Origin: Candidatus Kaiserbacteria bacterium
GTDB taxonomy: Bacteria > Patescibacteriota > Minisyncoccia > Phycocordibacterales > Phycocordibacteraceae
Assembly (NCBI GenBank): GCA_016182485.1
Contig: JACPGH010000003.1
Location: 6,331 to 70,330, forward strand
Direction: 5' to 3'
Length of the DNA stretch: 64,000 bases
Each line of letters begins with the position of its first letter. Position 1 is the stretch's first letter. Both the position numbers and the translations under genes were made by a program. The notes beneath the pieces are model-generated. The model was not told the DNA's origin and made no database searches. It saw only the letters and a list, made by a program, of their open reading frames with translations. This document shows positions 36,281 through 46,571 of the stretch, one piece after another.

Positions 36281-38845
36281 ATGAAAACACAAACATATAA
36301 GATCCACGGTATGCACTGCGCGAGCTGTGTGGCGGTCATCGAGCGCGTACTTGGCAGAACGGTCGGCGTCCGCTCCGCCTCCGTAAATTTCGCTGCCGAA
36401 TCCGCCCTAGTCGAATTCGATGAAAAGGCGGTTTCAGAGCCGCAACTTGCCGAAGCGGTCGCTTCCGCCGGCTATCATCTGATCACCGGCGCAACTGATG
36501 GACAAACTGATGGACACGTCGCGTCCATCAAAGCTGAAGGACACGACGTGTCTACAACCCGGACCATTTCAATCCAAGTGCTCGGTATGGATTCGCCGCA
36601 TTGCGCCATGGTCGTAGAGGGCGCGCTCAAGAATCTGCCCGGCATACGGAACTCCGAACTGGATTTCGCCAACCAGCGGGCGAAGATTTCTTTCGACTCC
36701 CCGTTGACCGCAGAGCAAATTTTCGCAGTGATCCGTGACGCCGGATACAAGCCCTTTCTTGAGGAGGGGAGGGCAGAAGACCTTTTGGACAGGGAGAAAG
36801 TCGAACGGGAACAAGAGGCGCGGATCATGAGGCGCAAGCTTGCGGTAGGGGGAATTCTGGCGGTGCTCGTATTTCTCGGCAGCTTCCCGCAATGGTTCCC
36901 GTTCATGCCCGAGATAGCAAGGAATCCCTGGACCCTGCTCCTCCTCACCGCCCCGATCCAGTTCTGGGTCGGTTCGCAATTCTATAACGGGCTCAAATTG
37001 CTGGTGAAATACCGGACGGCTGACATGAACACGCTGGTTGCCATCGGCACTCTCTCCGCATTTCTTTACAGCGCGGCAGTCACGGCCTTTCCAGACTTCT
37101 TCATGCGGGGCGGTATCGCGCCCGAGTTATACTTCGACACCTCGGCCATAATCATCGTTCTTATCCTCTTGGGAAAGTATTTTGAGATCCAGATGAAAGG
37201 CCGAGCTTCAGAAGCGATAAAGAAGCTCATCGGACTACAGCCGAAGACGGCTATAGTCCTTCGGGATGCAAAAGAAGTTGAGATACCCATCATCGAAGTC
37301 GTCCCTGGAGACAGAGTCATCGTCCGCCCCGGGGAGCGCATACCGGTAGACGGGAAGATTCTCGACGGAGAATCTGAAGTGGACGAGTCAATGCTCACCG
37401 GAGAATCTATGCCCGTTCATAAAAAGGCGGGGAGCATGGTCATCGGGAGCACGATAAACAAATTCGGTACCTTTAGCTTTGAGGCCGCCAAAGTCGGCAA
37501 GGACACCATTCTTGCGAGGATAATAAAGATGGTGGAAGAAGCTCAGGGCTCTAAAGCGCCGATCCAGCGGTTGGCGGACCTTATTTCCTCTTATTTCGTG
37601 CCGGCAGTTCTCGGTATTGCGATCGCCACCTTTGGCGTCTGGCTCTTTTTCGGCCCGGCACCAGCCTTCACGTTCGCTCTAGTTAATTTTGTAGCAGTTC
37701 TCATCATCGCCTGCCCGTGCGCGCTCGGCCTCGCCACGCCAATGGCTATCATGGTTTCTGCTGGCAGCGCCGCCGGGAAGGGGATACTGATAAAAGACGC
37801 GGCTTCGCTCGAGATCGCGAACAAAATCAACACGGTCGTCCTCGATAAGACAGGCACGCTCACGGTGGGGAAGCCGGAGTTGACCGATATCGTCGCCTGG
37901 AATAACGCGCAGCAGCCGGAGGTTCTTCACTATGCCGCGTCGCTCGAGCAGAGGTCGGAGCATCCGCTCGCGCAAGCCATTCTGCAATATGCCGCGAGCC
38001 TGGATCAGAAATCGTCGCATCCTTTGGATAGCGCGATCATCGCCGAAGGCGCAAAGGAGAAGCTCGCTCTCTACCGGCTGGAAGATTTTCAGGCTATTTC
38101 CGGTAAGGGTTTGCGCGGGTATTTGTTCGACGGTTCGCAGAAATATGAAGCGCATCTCGGTAACCGGAGCCTTATGGAAGATATAGGGCTTTCGACTGCG
38201 CCGTACGAAAAAACGATTGCCGATCTCGAGAGCCAGGGGAAGACCGTCATGATCCTCGCGGCAGAAAGAGAGATCAAGGGCGCGCTCGCGGTGGCGGATG
38301 TGCTGAAGAAAGAATCTGCCGCCGCAGTCCGAACGCTCAGGAAAAAAGGCATAGACGTCTGGATGCTTACGGGAGACAACGAGCGCACGGCTCGCGCTAT
38401 CGCGAAAGAAGCCGGAATAGAGAATGTAATGAGCGGCGTTCTCCCCGATCAGAAAGCGCTCAAAATACGCGAACTGCAGACGGCGGGGAATATCGTCGCG
38501 ATGGTGGGCGACGGCATAAATGATGCGCCGGCGCTCACGCAGGCGAATATCGGCATCGCCATGGGAGAAGGCACGGATATCGCGATGGAATCAGCGAACA
38601 TAACGCTTATGCGCGGGGACCTGAGGCTTATTCCGGAAGTGATCCAACTCTCGCAGCGGACTTTGCGGATAGTCAAGCAGAACCTGTTCTGGGCCTTCTT
38701 CTACAACATCGCGTTCATCCCCGTCGCGGCAGGAGTCTTATATCCGTTTTTCGGCCTCCTGCTCAATCCGATCTTCGCGGGCGCCGCCATGGCCGCGAGC
38801 AGCATCAGCGTAGTGCTCAATTCCCTGCGGCTTCGGAGTGTATAG
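36281..38845 (+). CDS. copA: Copper-translocating P1B-type ATPase
   Basis: Two HMA domains (GMHCASC and MDSPHCA), CPC motif (ACPCALG), [17 protein letters not shown]. 854 aa. Confidence 0.95.
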   Translation: MKTQTYKIHGMHCASCVAVIERVLGRTVGVRSASVNFAAESALVEFDEKAVSEPQLAEAVASAGYHLITGATDGQTDGHVASIKAEGHDVSTTRTISIQVLGMDSPHCAMVVEGALKNLPGIRNSELDFANQRAKISFDSPLTAEQIFAVIRDAGYKPFLEEGRAEDLLDREKVEREQEARIMRRKLAVGGILAVLVFLGSFPQWFPFMPEIARNPWTLLLLTAPIQFWVGSQFYNGLKLLVKYRTADMNTLVAIGTLSAFLYSAAVTAFPDFFMRGGIAPELYFDTSAIIIVLILLGKYFEIQMKGRASEAIKKLIGLQPKTAIVLRDAKEVEIPIIEVVPGDRVIVRPGERIPVDGKILDGESEVDESMLTGESMPVHKKAGSMVIGSTINKFGTFSFEAAKVGKDTILARIIKMVEEAQGSKAPIQRLADLISSYFVPAVLGIAIATFGVWLFFGPAPAFTFALVNFVAVLIIACPCALGLATPMAIMVSAGSAAGKGILIKDAASLEIANKINTVVLDKTGTLTVGKPELTDIVAWNNAQQPEVLHYAASLEQRSEHPLAQAILQYAASLDQKSSHPLDSAIIAEGAKEKLALYRLEDFQAISGKGLRGYLFDGSQKYEAHLGNRSLMEDIGLSTAPYEKTIADLESQGKTVMILAAEREIKGALAVADVLKKESAAAVRTLRKKGIDVWMLTGDNERTARAIAKEAGIENVMSGVLPDQKALKIRELQTAGNIVAMVGDGINDAPALTQANIGIAMGEGTDIAMESANITLMRGDLRLIPEVIQLSQRTLRIVKQNLFWAFFYNIAFIPVAAGVLYPFFGLLLNPIFAGAAMAASSISVVLNSLRLRSV

Positions 38846-39037
38846 GTTCCGAAACATTTATGCCCGGAGCCGTTACAAGATATGCATCCCTATTTTCGAG
38901 CGGTCGCCTAAAAATAGGGATAATGCCGGGATTCACAGGGACCGTGTAGTTTATTGACGGCAGGGCATGATCCGTGGTATTCTGTTTTGCAGAAAGTTCG
39001 CACCCATAACAGCAAAAAAGGAGAAGGAGGGGAAGTC

Positions 39038-39505
39038 ATGACGGCCGAAAGACTCCTGTACCTCATTGGCTCAGTGCCGGTGCCTGCGCTTCCGGAGTTC
39101 GTCGCCGCGGAGAAGTTCCGAGTCGGTGAGACGACCGACGGCCTCACCGTCGGCTGGCTCGACGACAACTTCAAGAAGCACTTCCTCGGCAAGATCGAGG
39201 AAGCAGTCGAGGCGGCGGAGCTGCGCGTGCACGAGCTCATCAAGCCCTCGCGCGACCCGGCTCTTATCGCCGAGCTCGGCGGCGGGGACAAGGCCGAAAT
39301 CAGCCTCGGCCAGTTCTGGCACTTCCTCACGAAGGCTAACCGTGTCCGCTGGTGGGTCTGTTGGTACTGCGCCCACATCCGCGACCTGGACAGAGTGCTC
39401 TGGGTTGTGAGCGCGTCCTGGGGTGGCGTCGACCTTCGCGTCGCGGTCCGTTCGGTTGACAACCCGTTCAGGTTGGACGCGGGCCGCCGATTTCTCTCCC
39501 GCTGA
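39038..39505 (+). CDS. Hypothetical protein
   Basis: Strong AAGGAGAAGGAGG Shine-Dalgarno before the ATG at 39038. No recognisable domain. Confidence 0.45.
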   Translation: MTAERLLYLIGSVPVPALPEFVAAEKFRVGETTDGLTVGWLDDNFKKHFLGKIEEAVEAAELRVHELIKPSRDPALIAELGGGDKAEISLGQFWHFLTKANRVRWWVCWYCAHIRDLDRVLWVVSASWGGVDLRVAVRSVDNPFRLDAGRRFLSR

Positions 39506-39624
39506 TTCTGCAGCGCTCTGACATTTGACCCGCTGTACCTTGGGCTCTTTGAACCTTTGCGAAGCAATTCGCGGAGCGTAGGAGAGCCCATCTGTTTTGT
39601 ATAACGTGCTATACTAATGCCACG

Positions 39625-40017
39625 ATGGATTTAGCATCCAAAAAGTTTGTCGCGCCGCTCGCTCTCGCGGTATTTCTTTTCGCCGCGCTGTTCGGATTCG
39701 CGGCGATGGGGGCGCACATGCAAGAGGGCTGTTCATTAATAGTCTCGGGAGCGGCGCCGTGCCCGGAAAATATCGTGGCCGTCGCGGTGCACCACTTATC
39801 TGCGTACCAAACTTTCAGTCACGTGCCGCTCGATTTTGGCGTCCTCTTTTTATTGGAAATCCTCCTCTTCGCCGCATTTGCCGCGGCGGTGTTCAAAATA
39901 TCACCGCCTCTTGCCGCCGTCCCAGCATATTTTCCGCACGGGCCTCCGCAGTCTATCCTTTCCAGACAAAAACTCACGCGCTGGCTTTCTCTTCTCGAAC
40001 ATAGTCCTTCTTTTTAA
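39625..40017 (+). CDS. Hypothetical small membrane protein with C-x9-CP motif
   Basis: Signal/TM N-terminus, CSLIVSGAAPCPEN, then a second TM segment. Confidence 0.4.
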   Translation: MDLASKKFVAPLALAVFLFAALFGFAAMGAHMQEGCSLIVSGAAPCPENIVAVAVHHLSAYQTFSHVPLDFGVLFLLEILLFAAFAAAVFKISPPLAAVPAYFPHGPPQSILSRQKLTRWLSLLEHSPSF

Positions 40018-40075
40018 TCGCGAAGCTCGCCTCTCAGCGAGCGATTCCGGGCGCTTATTCGTTTCCTATCTATCT

Positions 40076-40582
40076 ATGAAAATAAGCCTCATCAGCATCG
40101 TTGCAGCGGTTCTGCTCGTACTCGTCGGGCTCTTCTTGTGGGGATACTCGGGCGGCGCGGCAGGCACATCCAACCCTTCTCTCTCCGGCGCAGAGAGCGC
40201 GCTCGTCGCGGCCGAGAAATCCTACGACTTCGGCACCATATCGATGAAGAATGGGAACGTCACGAAAGACTTCGTAATCACCAATCCTACGCAGGCAGAC
40301 CTTAAGGTAGCTTCAGTTAGCACTTCGTGCATGTGCACCAACGCGTACATCGTTAAACCGGACGGCAGCTTGAAGGGGCCCTTCGGCATGGCCGGCCATG
40401 GCGGATTCGTGCCGCCGGCAAATGAAGTGATCGAAGCGGGCGGCAGCCGTACGATCCGCGTCGTTTATGATCCGAACGCGCACGGACCGGCAGGCGTCGG
40501 GAAGATAGACCGGTTCGTGACCCTGGCGGATTCCGCCGGCAATACGCTAGACCTCGAGATACAGGCGCTCGTTACCCCATAG
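40076..40582 (+). CDS. DUF1573-domain membrane-anchored protein
   Basis: N-terminal TM anchor, YDFGTI...NGNVTKDFVITN...SCMCT pattern. Confidence 0.6.
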   Translation: MKISLISIVAAVLLVLVGLFLWGYSGGAAGTSNPSLSGAESALVAAEKSYDFGTISMKNGNVTKDFVITNPTQADLKVASVSTSCMCTNAYIVKPDGSLKGPFGMAGHGGFVPPANEVIEAGGSRTIRVVYDPNAHGPAGVGKIDRFVTLADSAGNTLDLEIQALVTP

Positions 40583-40584
40583 GC

Positions 40585-41367
40585 ATGAAACGGATATCCA
40601 TTATCGGAGGCGCCATCGCGCTCTTCATCCTCGCTGTACTTATCCTGAAATTGAACCCGACAACCTCGACGCTCATCTGGAATGCGAGCAACGGGGGCGC
40701 CTGGCTCTTACCGCTCGTTCTTGCGTCGGCCCTACTCGACAGCGTGCATCCTTGCTCGTTCTCGATCCTTCTCATCACGATCGCCTTCCTCTTCGGACTC
40801 CAGATGACGCGGGAAAAGATATTGCGTATCGGCGGCACGTATATAGCGGGCATATTTGCCGCGTACCTGCTTATCGGACTCGGTATTCTCCAGGTGCTGC
40901 ACTTATTCAATACGCCGCACTTCATGGGGAAGCTGGGGGCTCTGCTGCTCGTACTCTTCGGCGTGGTCAATCTTGTGAATCGGTTCTTCCCTAAGACGCC
41001 GATCAAGCTCTCCATCCCGCAAGCCGCGCATCGGCCTATGGCGCGCCTTATGGAGCAGACTTCATATGTTGCGGCATTCGGGCTCGGGGCGCTCGTCGGC
41101 ATCTGCCAATTCCCCTGCATGGGCGGTCCGTACCTCATGGTGATCGGGCTTCTGCGCGACAAGATGACTTATTTGGCGGGATTCTGGTATTTAGTCCTCT
41201 ATAACGCCATCCTTATCGTTCCACTCGCGCTCGTGCTGTGGTTCTCGGCGGATAAGGCGGTTGTGGATAAATTCCAAGCATGGAAGCGGGACAATCTCTC
41301 TCGCGTGCGGCTAATCGCCGGCATCGCGATGATAGGATTAGGGAGTCTGATTTTCTTCGTCGCATAG
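40585..41367 (+). CDS. ccdA: Cytochrome c-type biogenesis / thiol-disulfide transporter CcdA (DsbD_2 family)
   Basis: DSVHPCSF and QFPCMGGP, the two conserved Cys of CcdA. Six TM segments. Confidence 0.8.
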   Translation: MKRISIIGGAIALFILAVLILKLNPTTSTLIWNASNGGAWLLPLVLASALLDSVHPCSFSILLITIAFLFGLQMTREKILRIGGTYIAGIFAAYLLIGLGILQVLHLFNTPHFMGKLGALLLVLFGVVNLVNRFFPKTPIKLSIPQAAHRPMARLMEQTSYVAAFGLGALVGICQFPCMGGPYLMVIGLLRDKMTYLAGFWYLVLYNAILIVPLALVLWFSADKAVVDKFQAWKRDNLSRVRLIAGIAMIGLGSLIFFVA

Positions 41368-41371
41368 CAGT

Positions 41372-41806
41372 ATGGAAATCGTAATCGTCATCGCGTCGAT
41401 CCTTGCCATCGCGCTTCTCGCGTGGGCGGTGAATCGAATATCTTCGTTTCCGATCTGCCCAATATGCGCCGGAGTCGCAGGCACGTGGCTCGCGATGCTC
41501 GCCCTGCGTTTCGCCGGGTATGCTGTGCCGGTCACGCTCATGGCAATGCTCATTGGCGGTTCGGTGGTCGGCATCGCTTATCAGCTTGAAAGACGCGTAT
41601 CTAAGCCGCGTCTTTTCAAAGCGCTCGCCATCCCGGCCGGCTTCGTCGCGGGATATGGGATAGTTGCCGAAGAGTGGCTGCTCGCTTTCTTGGCCGGCCT
41701 GGCAGCTATTCTGATAACGGGAATTTTCCTGGAGAAATCGTCCTCGCCTGCGGCAAAAAAGAGAGGCCAACTGCTGCGCGAATTAGCGGATTGCTGTAAC
41801 GAGTAA
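41372..41806 (+). CDS. Membrane protein with CPIC motif (putative thiol-disulfide oxidoreductase-like)
   Basis: FPICPICAG between TM helices. Four TM segments. C-terminal CC. Confidence 0.45.
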   Translation: MEIVIVIASILAIALLAWAVNRISSFPICPICAGVAGTWLAMLALRFAGYAVPVTLMAMLIGGSVVGIAYQLERRVSKPRLFKALAIPAGFVAGYGIVAEEWLLAFLAGLAAILITGIFLEKSSSPAAKKRGQLLRELADCCNE

Positions 41807-41809
41807 TAT

Positions 41810-42700
41810 ATGCCCATAAAAAACTATTCAGGATTGTTCTCCGTACTCGCCGCAGGAGCGCTCATCGCTCTCGCGTTCCTCTGGTCGCCGCCGTCTTCTC
41901 CGAAGGCCGCCCCTTCTTCCGACCGGGCGGAATTAGCAGAAGTAGTGCTACCGACCGATGGCGTGACGTTGCCGGTTATCTGGGGCGAGATCGGCGCAAA
42001 GCTGGTTGAATCTGGCGCCATTGATCTCGAGAAGCTGAGAGCCCTCTACGAGAGCCGGGGCGGCTTTCCGGCAGAATATCAAAAGATGCTGGAGAAGAAT
42101 CACAGCGAGAAGGTCGTGATCACTTCTTGGAACGCCGGATACCTGCTCAATCTCCTCTGGGCGCTCGGATTGGCCAATGAGAATCCGATCCTCGAGGACA
42201 AGGACGAAATGATGAACCCGCGCTACGGAGGAGACGGACGTCCACCGGCAGCGGGCTTCGCTTCCACCGGCGGATGGTCTCTCGCGCGCGGGAATGTGAT
42301 GGACCATTACGGCAAACACAGGCTAATCTCGCTTACGACAGATCAGCAAATGCTTGTAGACCGCGTGTCGCGGAACATCTATCGGCCCTGCTGCGGCAAT
42401 TCGACGCACTTCCCGGACTGCAATCACGGCATGGCCATGCTGGGCTTACTCGAGCTTATGGCCTCGCAGGGGGTGAGCGAGGAGGAAATGTACCGGACTG
42501 CGCTTGCGGTAAATGCATACTGGTTTCCGGATACATACCTGACCATCGCGGCGTACTGGCGGGGAAAAGGCGTCGAATGGAAAGATGTCAGAGCGAAGGA
42601 GGTTCTCGGCGCAGCATTCTCGAGCGCCTCGGGGTACCGAAATATCGCAGCCCAAGTCGCTCCGCAGGGAGCGAGCGGCGGCGGCAGTTGTTCGAATTAA
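41810..42700 (+). CDS. Secreted/anchored Cys-rich protein (RPCCGNSTHFPDCNHG metal-binding-like motif)
   Basis: N-terminal signal-anchor, the Cys/His cluster, and a Gly/Ser C-terminal tail. Confidence 0.45.
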   Translation: MPIKNYSGLFSVLAAGALIALAFLWSPPSSPKAAPSSDRAELAEVVLPTDGVTLPVIWGEIGAKLVESGAIDLEKLRALYESRGGFPAEYQKMLEKNHSEKVVITSWNAGYLLNLLWALGLANENPILEDKDEMMNPRYGGDGRPPAAGFASTGGWSLARGNVMDHYGKHRLISLTTDQQMLVDRVSRNIYRPCCGNSTHFPDCNHGMAMLGLLELMASQGVSEEEMYRTALAVNAYWFPDTYLTIAAYWRGKGVEWKDVRAKEVLGAAFSSASGYRNIAAQVAPQGASGGGSCSN

Positions 42701-42727
42701 TGGAATTAACAGAGGACGCGAAATAAT

Positions 42728-42997
42728 ATGCAACTTATGATGTACGGACTCTATGACGGATACGGCGGATGGGGAATGATGGGCAATCCGCTCGGCTGGG
42801 CGGTCGGAGGCGTGATGATGCTAGTGTTCTGGGTCGTATTCATCGGACTTATCGTTTGGGCGGTGCGCGAGTTTTCCGGGCGCCATTATCGAAGGGATTC
42901 GCGCGATTCTTCCGCGCTCGAGATATTGAAAGAGCGCTATGCGCGCGGAGAGATAGACCGAGAAGAGTTCGAATCTAAGAAACGAGATTTGGCATAA
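42728..42997 (+). CDS. SHOCT-domain membrane protein
   Basis: TM helix plus C-terminal ALEILKERYARGEIDREEFESKKRDL (SHOCT). Confidence 0.7.
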   Translation: MQLMMYGLYDGYGGWGMMGNPLGWAVGGVMMLVFWVVFIGLIVWAVREFSGRHYRRDSRDSSALEILKERYARGEIDREEFESKKRDLA

Positions 42998-43008
42998 AAG
43001 CTGCTAAC

Positions 43009-43044
43009 GACGCGCGCCGCCCGAGAGGGCGGCGCGCGTCTTTT
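43009..43044 (+). terminator. Rho-independent terminator
   Basis: gacgcgcgccgccc-gaga-gggcggcgcgcgtc followed by tttt. Confidence 0.8.
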
Positions 43045-43058
43045 GTGCCAGACGTTGC

Positions 43059-43592
43059 TTAGAAGAATCCGAACAGGCGAGAGAAGAATTTGTTGATGTG
43101 GCCGAAGAAGTTTCCGCGCGCCTTCGTCGAAGTTGCATTCGGTGTGCTTTTTTCCAAGATTGCCGAAGCGGTTATCGAAGAGCCGTTCACAGTCCCCTGA
43201 ATGACCACTGCGTCCCCGACCGCTACATTTGAGAGAGTCGAGGTCGCGTTGTTCTTCACGATATTCGCGCCTGCCGCATTCACGCTGAAAGAAGCACCGC
43301 CTTTGTTCGTTATCGTGAACGTTGTCGAACTGACGGCTGTTACAGTACCGGCGACGATGGGCTGGCCGTTCCCGAAGGGAAGCGCGAATGCAGCTCGCTG
43401 CCCTCTGCCACGACCCCCGCGATCATCGTCATCGTCGTCATCATCATGCATCTTGATGAGCGTGGTCGAGGCCATGCCATGCCGGCCCTTCTCTTTTCTT
43501 CCGCCTTCATGCGCGAGCGCAGGGGCCGCGAGAAGGAGCGAACCCGTCATCGACCCGATGAGCAGAAGCGATAATGCGCGTGAATATTTCAT
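43059..43592 (-). CDS. Secreted protein with poly-Asp (D7) tract
   Basis: Signal peptide ending AAPALAHEGG. HDDDDDDDDRGGRGRG. Ser/Thr-rich beta-strand-like C-terminal domain. Confidence 0.55.
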   Translation of the reverse strand: MKYSRALSLLLIGSMTGSLLLAAPALAHEGGRKEKGRHGMASTTLIKMHDDDDDDDDRGGRGRGQRAAFALPFGNGQPIVAGTVTAVSSTTFTITNKGGASFSVNAAGANIVKNNATSTLSNVAVGDAVVIQGTVNGSSITASAILEKSTPNATSTKARGNFFGHINKFFSRLFGFF

Positions 43593-43652
43593 GTAGTTCT
43601 TAGTTACTGTGCTAATGGCCGGCTTCCCCTATATACGCACGCGAGGAAATAT

Positions 43653-44549
43653 TTATTTCCTGCCCGGGCCTCTTCCGCCGTTCCGCTCGTCATCGGCATC
43701 TTCCGTGTCGCTGCCGTTCTCGGCGTCTTTCTCGCCGCGTTCTTCTCCCCCCTCCCCTCTTTCGTGTTTTTTATTTTTGCCCTTTTGTGATTCCATATGA
43801 ATACCATACGCTCGTACAACCCCGCCTTCGTCATGGCCGCCGACATATACTTTCTCTCCGACTGAAAAAGCCTCCGGGGAGGCGCCGGCAGGCGGCACGA
43901 TGGTCCATGTCTCTTCCTGGGACGCTTCTTGAGTCATCCGGAGCATTGACGAAGCGGCAGACTCAAGCTCGTCACTCTCTTCAGGCTTTGAGGTCGGGCC
44001 GCTTTTGGAGATAGTGATGGTCGAGCTTCCGATCGAGGTGATTTCTCCGGAATACAAGCCTTGCTCGGGGCGAGGCGCGTCCAGTTCTCCGTAAAGCGGA
44101 GTTAATGCGGGGAGCTGGCCCGTATTGGCCGCTCTGAATATGGAATAGTGGAGCGGCGTAACGTCGAGCAGCGCGCTGCCAGCGAGGCCGACGAAAAGAA
44201 CTGCTCCGAATACACGAAGGACAGGGAATCGGTAGGCGGAGGTGAATCGGCGGACAAGGAATTCGAGCGCGACGATAAGGAGGAGAAAGAGAATAAGAGA
44301 TGTCCATGGAAAGAGAGAGAGGAAGGCTTGCAGGCCTTGGGTGCCGAACAGAAGCAAATACTGCGCCCCGCTTGTTTTCACGCTGAAGAAAGCGAAGGAC
44401 AGGGCGAGGAGGGAGGCGGCAAGCACGAGCGCTGCAGAGATGCCGATAAGGATTCTTTGCAGCATGAACGAACTCCGCGGGCGCATCTTGATCTCTCCCG
44501 CGCGGATCTTCTCGAGCACGTTCTTACGGATGTCAGGTTGGTTCGACAT
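43653..44549 (-). CDS. Putative anti-sigma factor / membrane protein co-transcribed with the ECF sigma
   Basis: Overlaps the sigma-factor 3' end. Multiple TM helices. Acidic, Gly-rich C-terminal tail. Confidence 0.5.
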   Translation of the reverse strand: MSNQPDIRKNVLEKIRAGEIKMRPRSSFMLQRILIGISAALVLAASLLALSFAFFSVKTSGAQYLLLFGTQGLQAFLSLFPWTSLILFLLLIVALEFLVRRFTSAYRFPVLRVFGAVLFVGLAGSALLDVTPLHYSIFRAANTGQLPALTPLYGELDAPRPEQGLYSGEITSIGSSTITISKSGPTSKPEESDELESAASSMLRMTQEASQEETWTIVPPAGASPEAFSVGEKVYVGGHDEGGVVRAYGIHMESQKGKNKKHERGEGGEERGEKDAENGSDTEDADDERNGGRGPGRK

Positions 44550-45093
44550 GTTTTTTTAATGCTTCTCGCGCGCGCTTGAGGCGAATGCCCACCGTGCCGA
44601 TCGGCACGCGGAGCACTTCGGCAATCTCCTGGTATGAAAGGTCTTCCAGATAATACAAGATGAGAACTTCTCGATATAGCGCGGAAAGTTTCGCGAGACC
44701 GCGCTCTATCCGCGTGCGGATCTCTTCGCGCTCCTCGTCCTCGGCCGGGTCGAGCTTGTGCGAGGCGAGGGCGGGGAAAAGGTCCAGGTCGACAGTGATG
44801 AACGGCAGGCGGCTGCGCTCCCGCAGAGAGTTCACGAACATATTGTGCGCGATGCGGTAAATCCAGGGCGAAAAAGGCCGTTTAGGGTCGTAACTCTGGA
44901 TGTTTTGATAAGTTTTGATGAAAACTTCCTGCACCGCATCTTCGATCGGCGCATGTTCATAGAGAAATTTCCGCCCATAGCGAAGCAGCTTGTTCTGGAA
45001 CCTCTCCATTAGTACGCCGAAGGCCGCTTCGTTATTTCTCTGTACCAAGGCGGCCAGCTCCTCATCGGTCTTTTGGGCAAGCGCATCCTCCAT
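44533..45093 (-). CDS. RNA polymerase ECF-type sigma factor (sigma-70 family)
   Basis: Region 2 (FQ...VFIKTYQNIQSYD), region 4 HTH (LSYQEIAEVLRVPIGTVGIRLKRAR). Confidence 0.85.
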   Translation of the reverse strand: MEDALAQKTDEELAALVQRNNEAAFGVLMERFQNKLLRYGRKFLYEHAPIEDAVQEVFIKTYQNIQSYDPKRPFSPWIYRIAHNMFVNSLRERSRLPFITVDLDLFPALASHKLDPAEDEEREEIRTRIERGLAKLSALYREVLILYYLEDLSYQEIAEVLRVPIGTVGIRLKRAREALKKHVEPT

Positions 45094-45134
45094 GCCGCCC
45101 TAAGTATACGCTTGAATTTAGGACATCGGATGTC

Positions 45135-46142
45135 CTAAGATTGCGGGACCAAGTTTGCCGGAGAACCGGCGGCAAACTGCCGGATATTATCGATGCTGGT
45201 ATTTAGGATCCGCTCGACGGCCTCGGTCGTGTTGAAAGCGACATGCGGCGTGACGATGACCCGCGGATGCTCGATGAGGTAATGATTCGCAAGTGCGATC
45301 GCGAGTTCTTCTGCGCGCGGATGCGGCGCCGTGAGAAGCGCCGCTTCGTCCGCCATGTCGCCTTCTTCTTCGAGTACGTCGAGCGCCGCGCCCGCGAGCG
45401 ATTCACTTTTTAATGCTTCAATCAGCGCGGCCGTCTCGATAACCGCTCCCCGGGCCGTATTAATCAAGAAGGACCCCTTTTTCAGGGTGCCAATATTTTC
45501 GCGATTGAGCAGGTGGTGCGTGTGCTCGTTATACGGCACATGAATGGTCACGATATCGGAGGCGGCGAGCAGTTCCGGAAGCGAAACGTATGAGAATCCG
45601 AGTTTTTGCGCGAGCTCGGCGTTGGGGAAGGCGTCATAGCCGAGGACCTTCGTAGAGAAGCCTTGTGCCATGCGAATGACGTGCGCGCCGATGTGGCCGG
45701 TGCCAATAACGCCGAGTGTTTTGCCGGCGAGGTCGAAACCGCGGAGGCCAGTGGTGGAGAATGCGCCTGCACGCACGCGTTCGTCCGCATCGATTATGCG
45801 ACGCGAAAGCGCGAGCAGGAGCGCGAATGTGAATTCGGCGACCGTGTTCTCGCCGTAGTAGGGGACGTTGGCGATTGCGATTCCGCGCGGTTTCGCGGCG
45901 GCAAGATCGATATGATCAAAGCCTGTGGAGCGCGTCGCGATCAGCTTCAGGGCAGGGAAGCGCGCCATCTCCGCCTCGCCGATCTTAGCTTCGATAAATA
46001 CGCAAAGCGCTTCTGCTTCCGGATCGGCCAGATCCGGGAAGTCGCTCAAAGGGCCATTATGAAAAACTATATCGTGGTCCGCAAGTTTCTCGCGAGCCAA
46101 CTTCTCTTCCCACTCCTCCCCGGCGAAATAATGTATTTTCAT
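45135..46142 (-). CDS. D-isomer-specific 2-hydroxyacid dehydrogenase family (D-lactate/glycerate dehydrogenase-like)
   Basis: NAD-binding GVIGTGHIGAHV; catalytic R..E..H region. Confidence 0.9.
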   Translation of the reverse strand: MKIHYFAGEEWEEKLAREKLADHDIVFHNGPLSDFPDLADPEAEALCVFIEAKIGEAEMARFPALKLIATRSTGFDHIDLAAAKPRGIAIANVPYYGENTVAEFTFALLLALSRRIIDADERVRAGAFSTTGLRGFDLAGKTLGVIGTGHIGAHVIRMAQGFSTKVLGYDAFPNAELAQKLGFSYVSLPELLAASDIVTIHVPYNEHTHHLLNRENIGTLKKGSFLINTARGAVIETAALIEALKSESLAGAALDVLEEEGDMADEAALLTAPHPRAEELAIALANHYLIEHPRVIVTPHVAFNTTEAVERILNTSIDNIRQFAAGSPANLVPQS

Positions 46143-46571
46143 AAATGTATTTTACCTTATGCAAATAGAGACCGCTTCGGTGAGCCTACGGGCGGGGAGC
46201 GGTTGAGGTCCGCGAATCATTCCAAGGCGCTGGACAGATTGACTTATTCGACTATACTATAGATGTAGATCTTTCGGCACCGAGGTCTACAAGACAGTTG
46301 CTCTTTGAGTGCAGCAAAAGCAGCTTCTGTCAGGCTGCAGTTCTATAGGGAATTTGATCTTCGATCAGCTTCCCCGTGTTGGCCCGACTTACAAGTGCCT
46401 TTTGGCCGCCACACGTTAATAATGTCGGATGCTCTTTCCAGACGTCACGATTCTTTCCTCATATTCTTCCTCTTCCCATCCTTCCTGCTCTTTCTTTCCT
46501 TTCCGCCCGTGACGTCGCCGCCGAGCCCCATGGCTCGGTTTCGCGTTTTATCTCTTGTCCACATCTGCATA

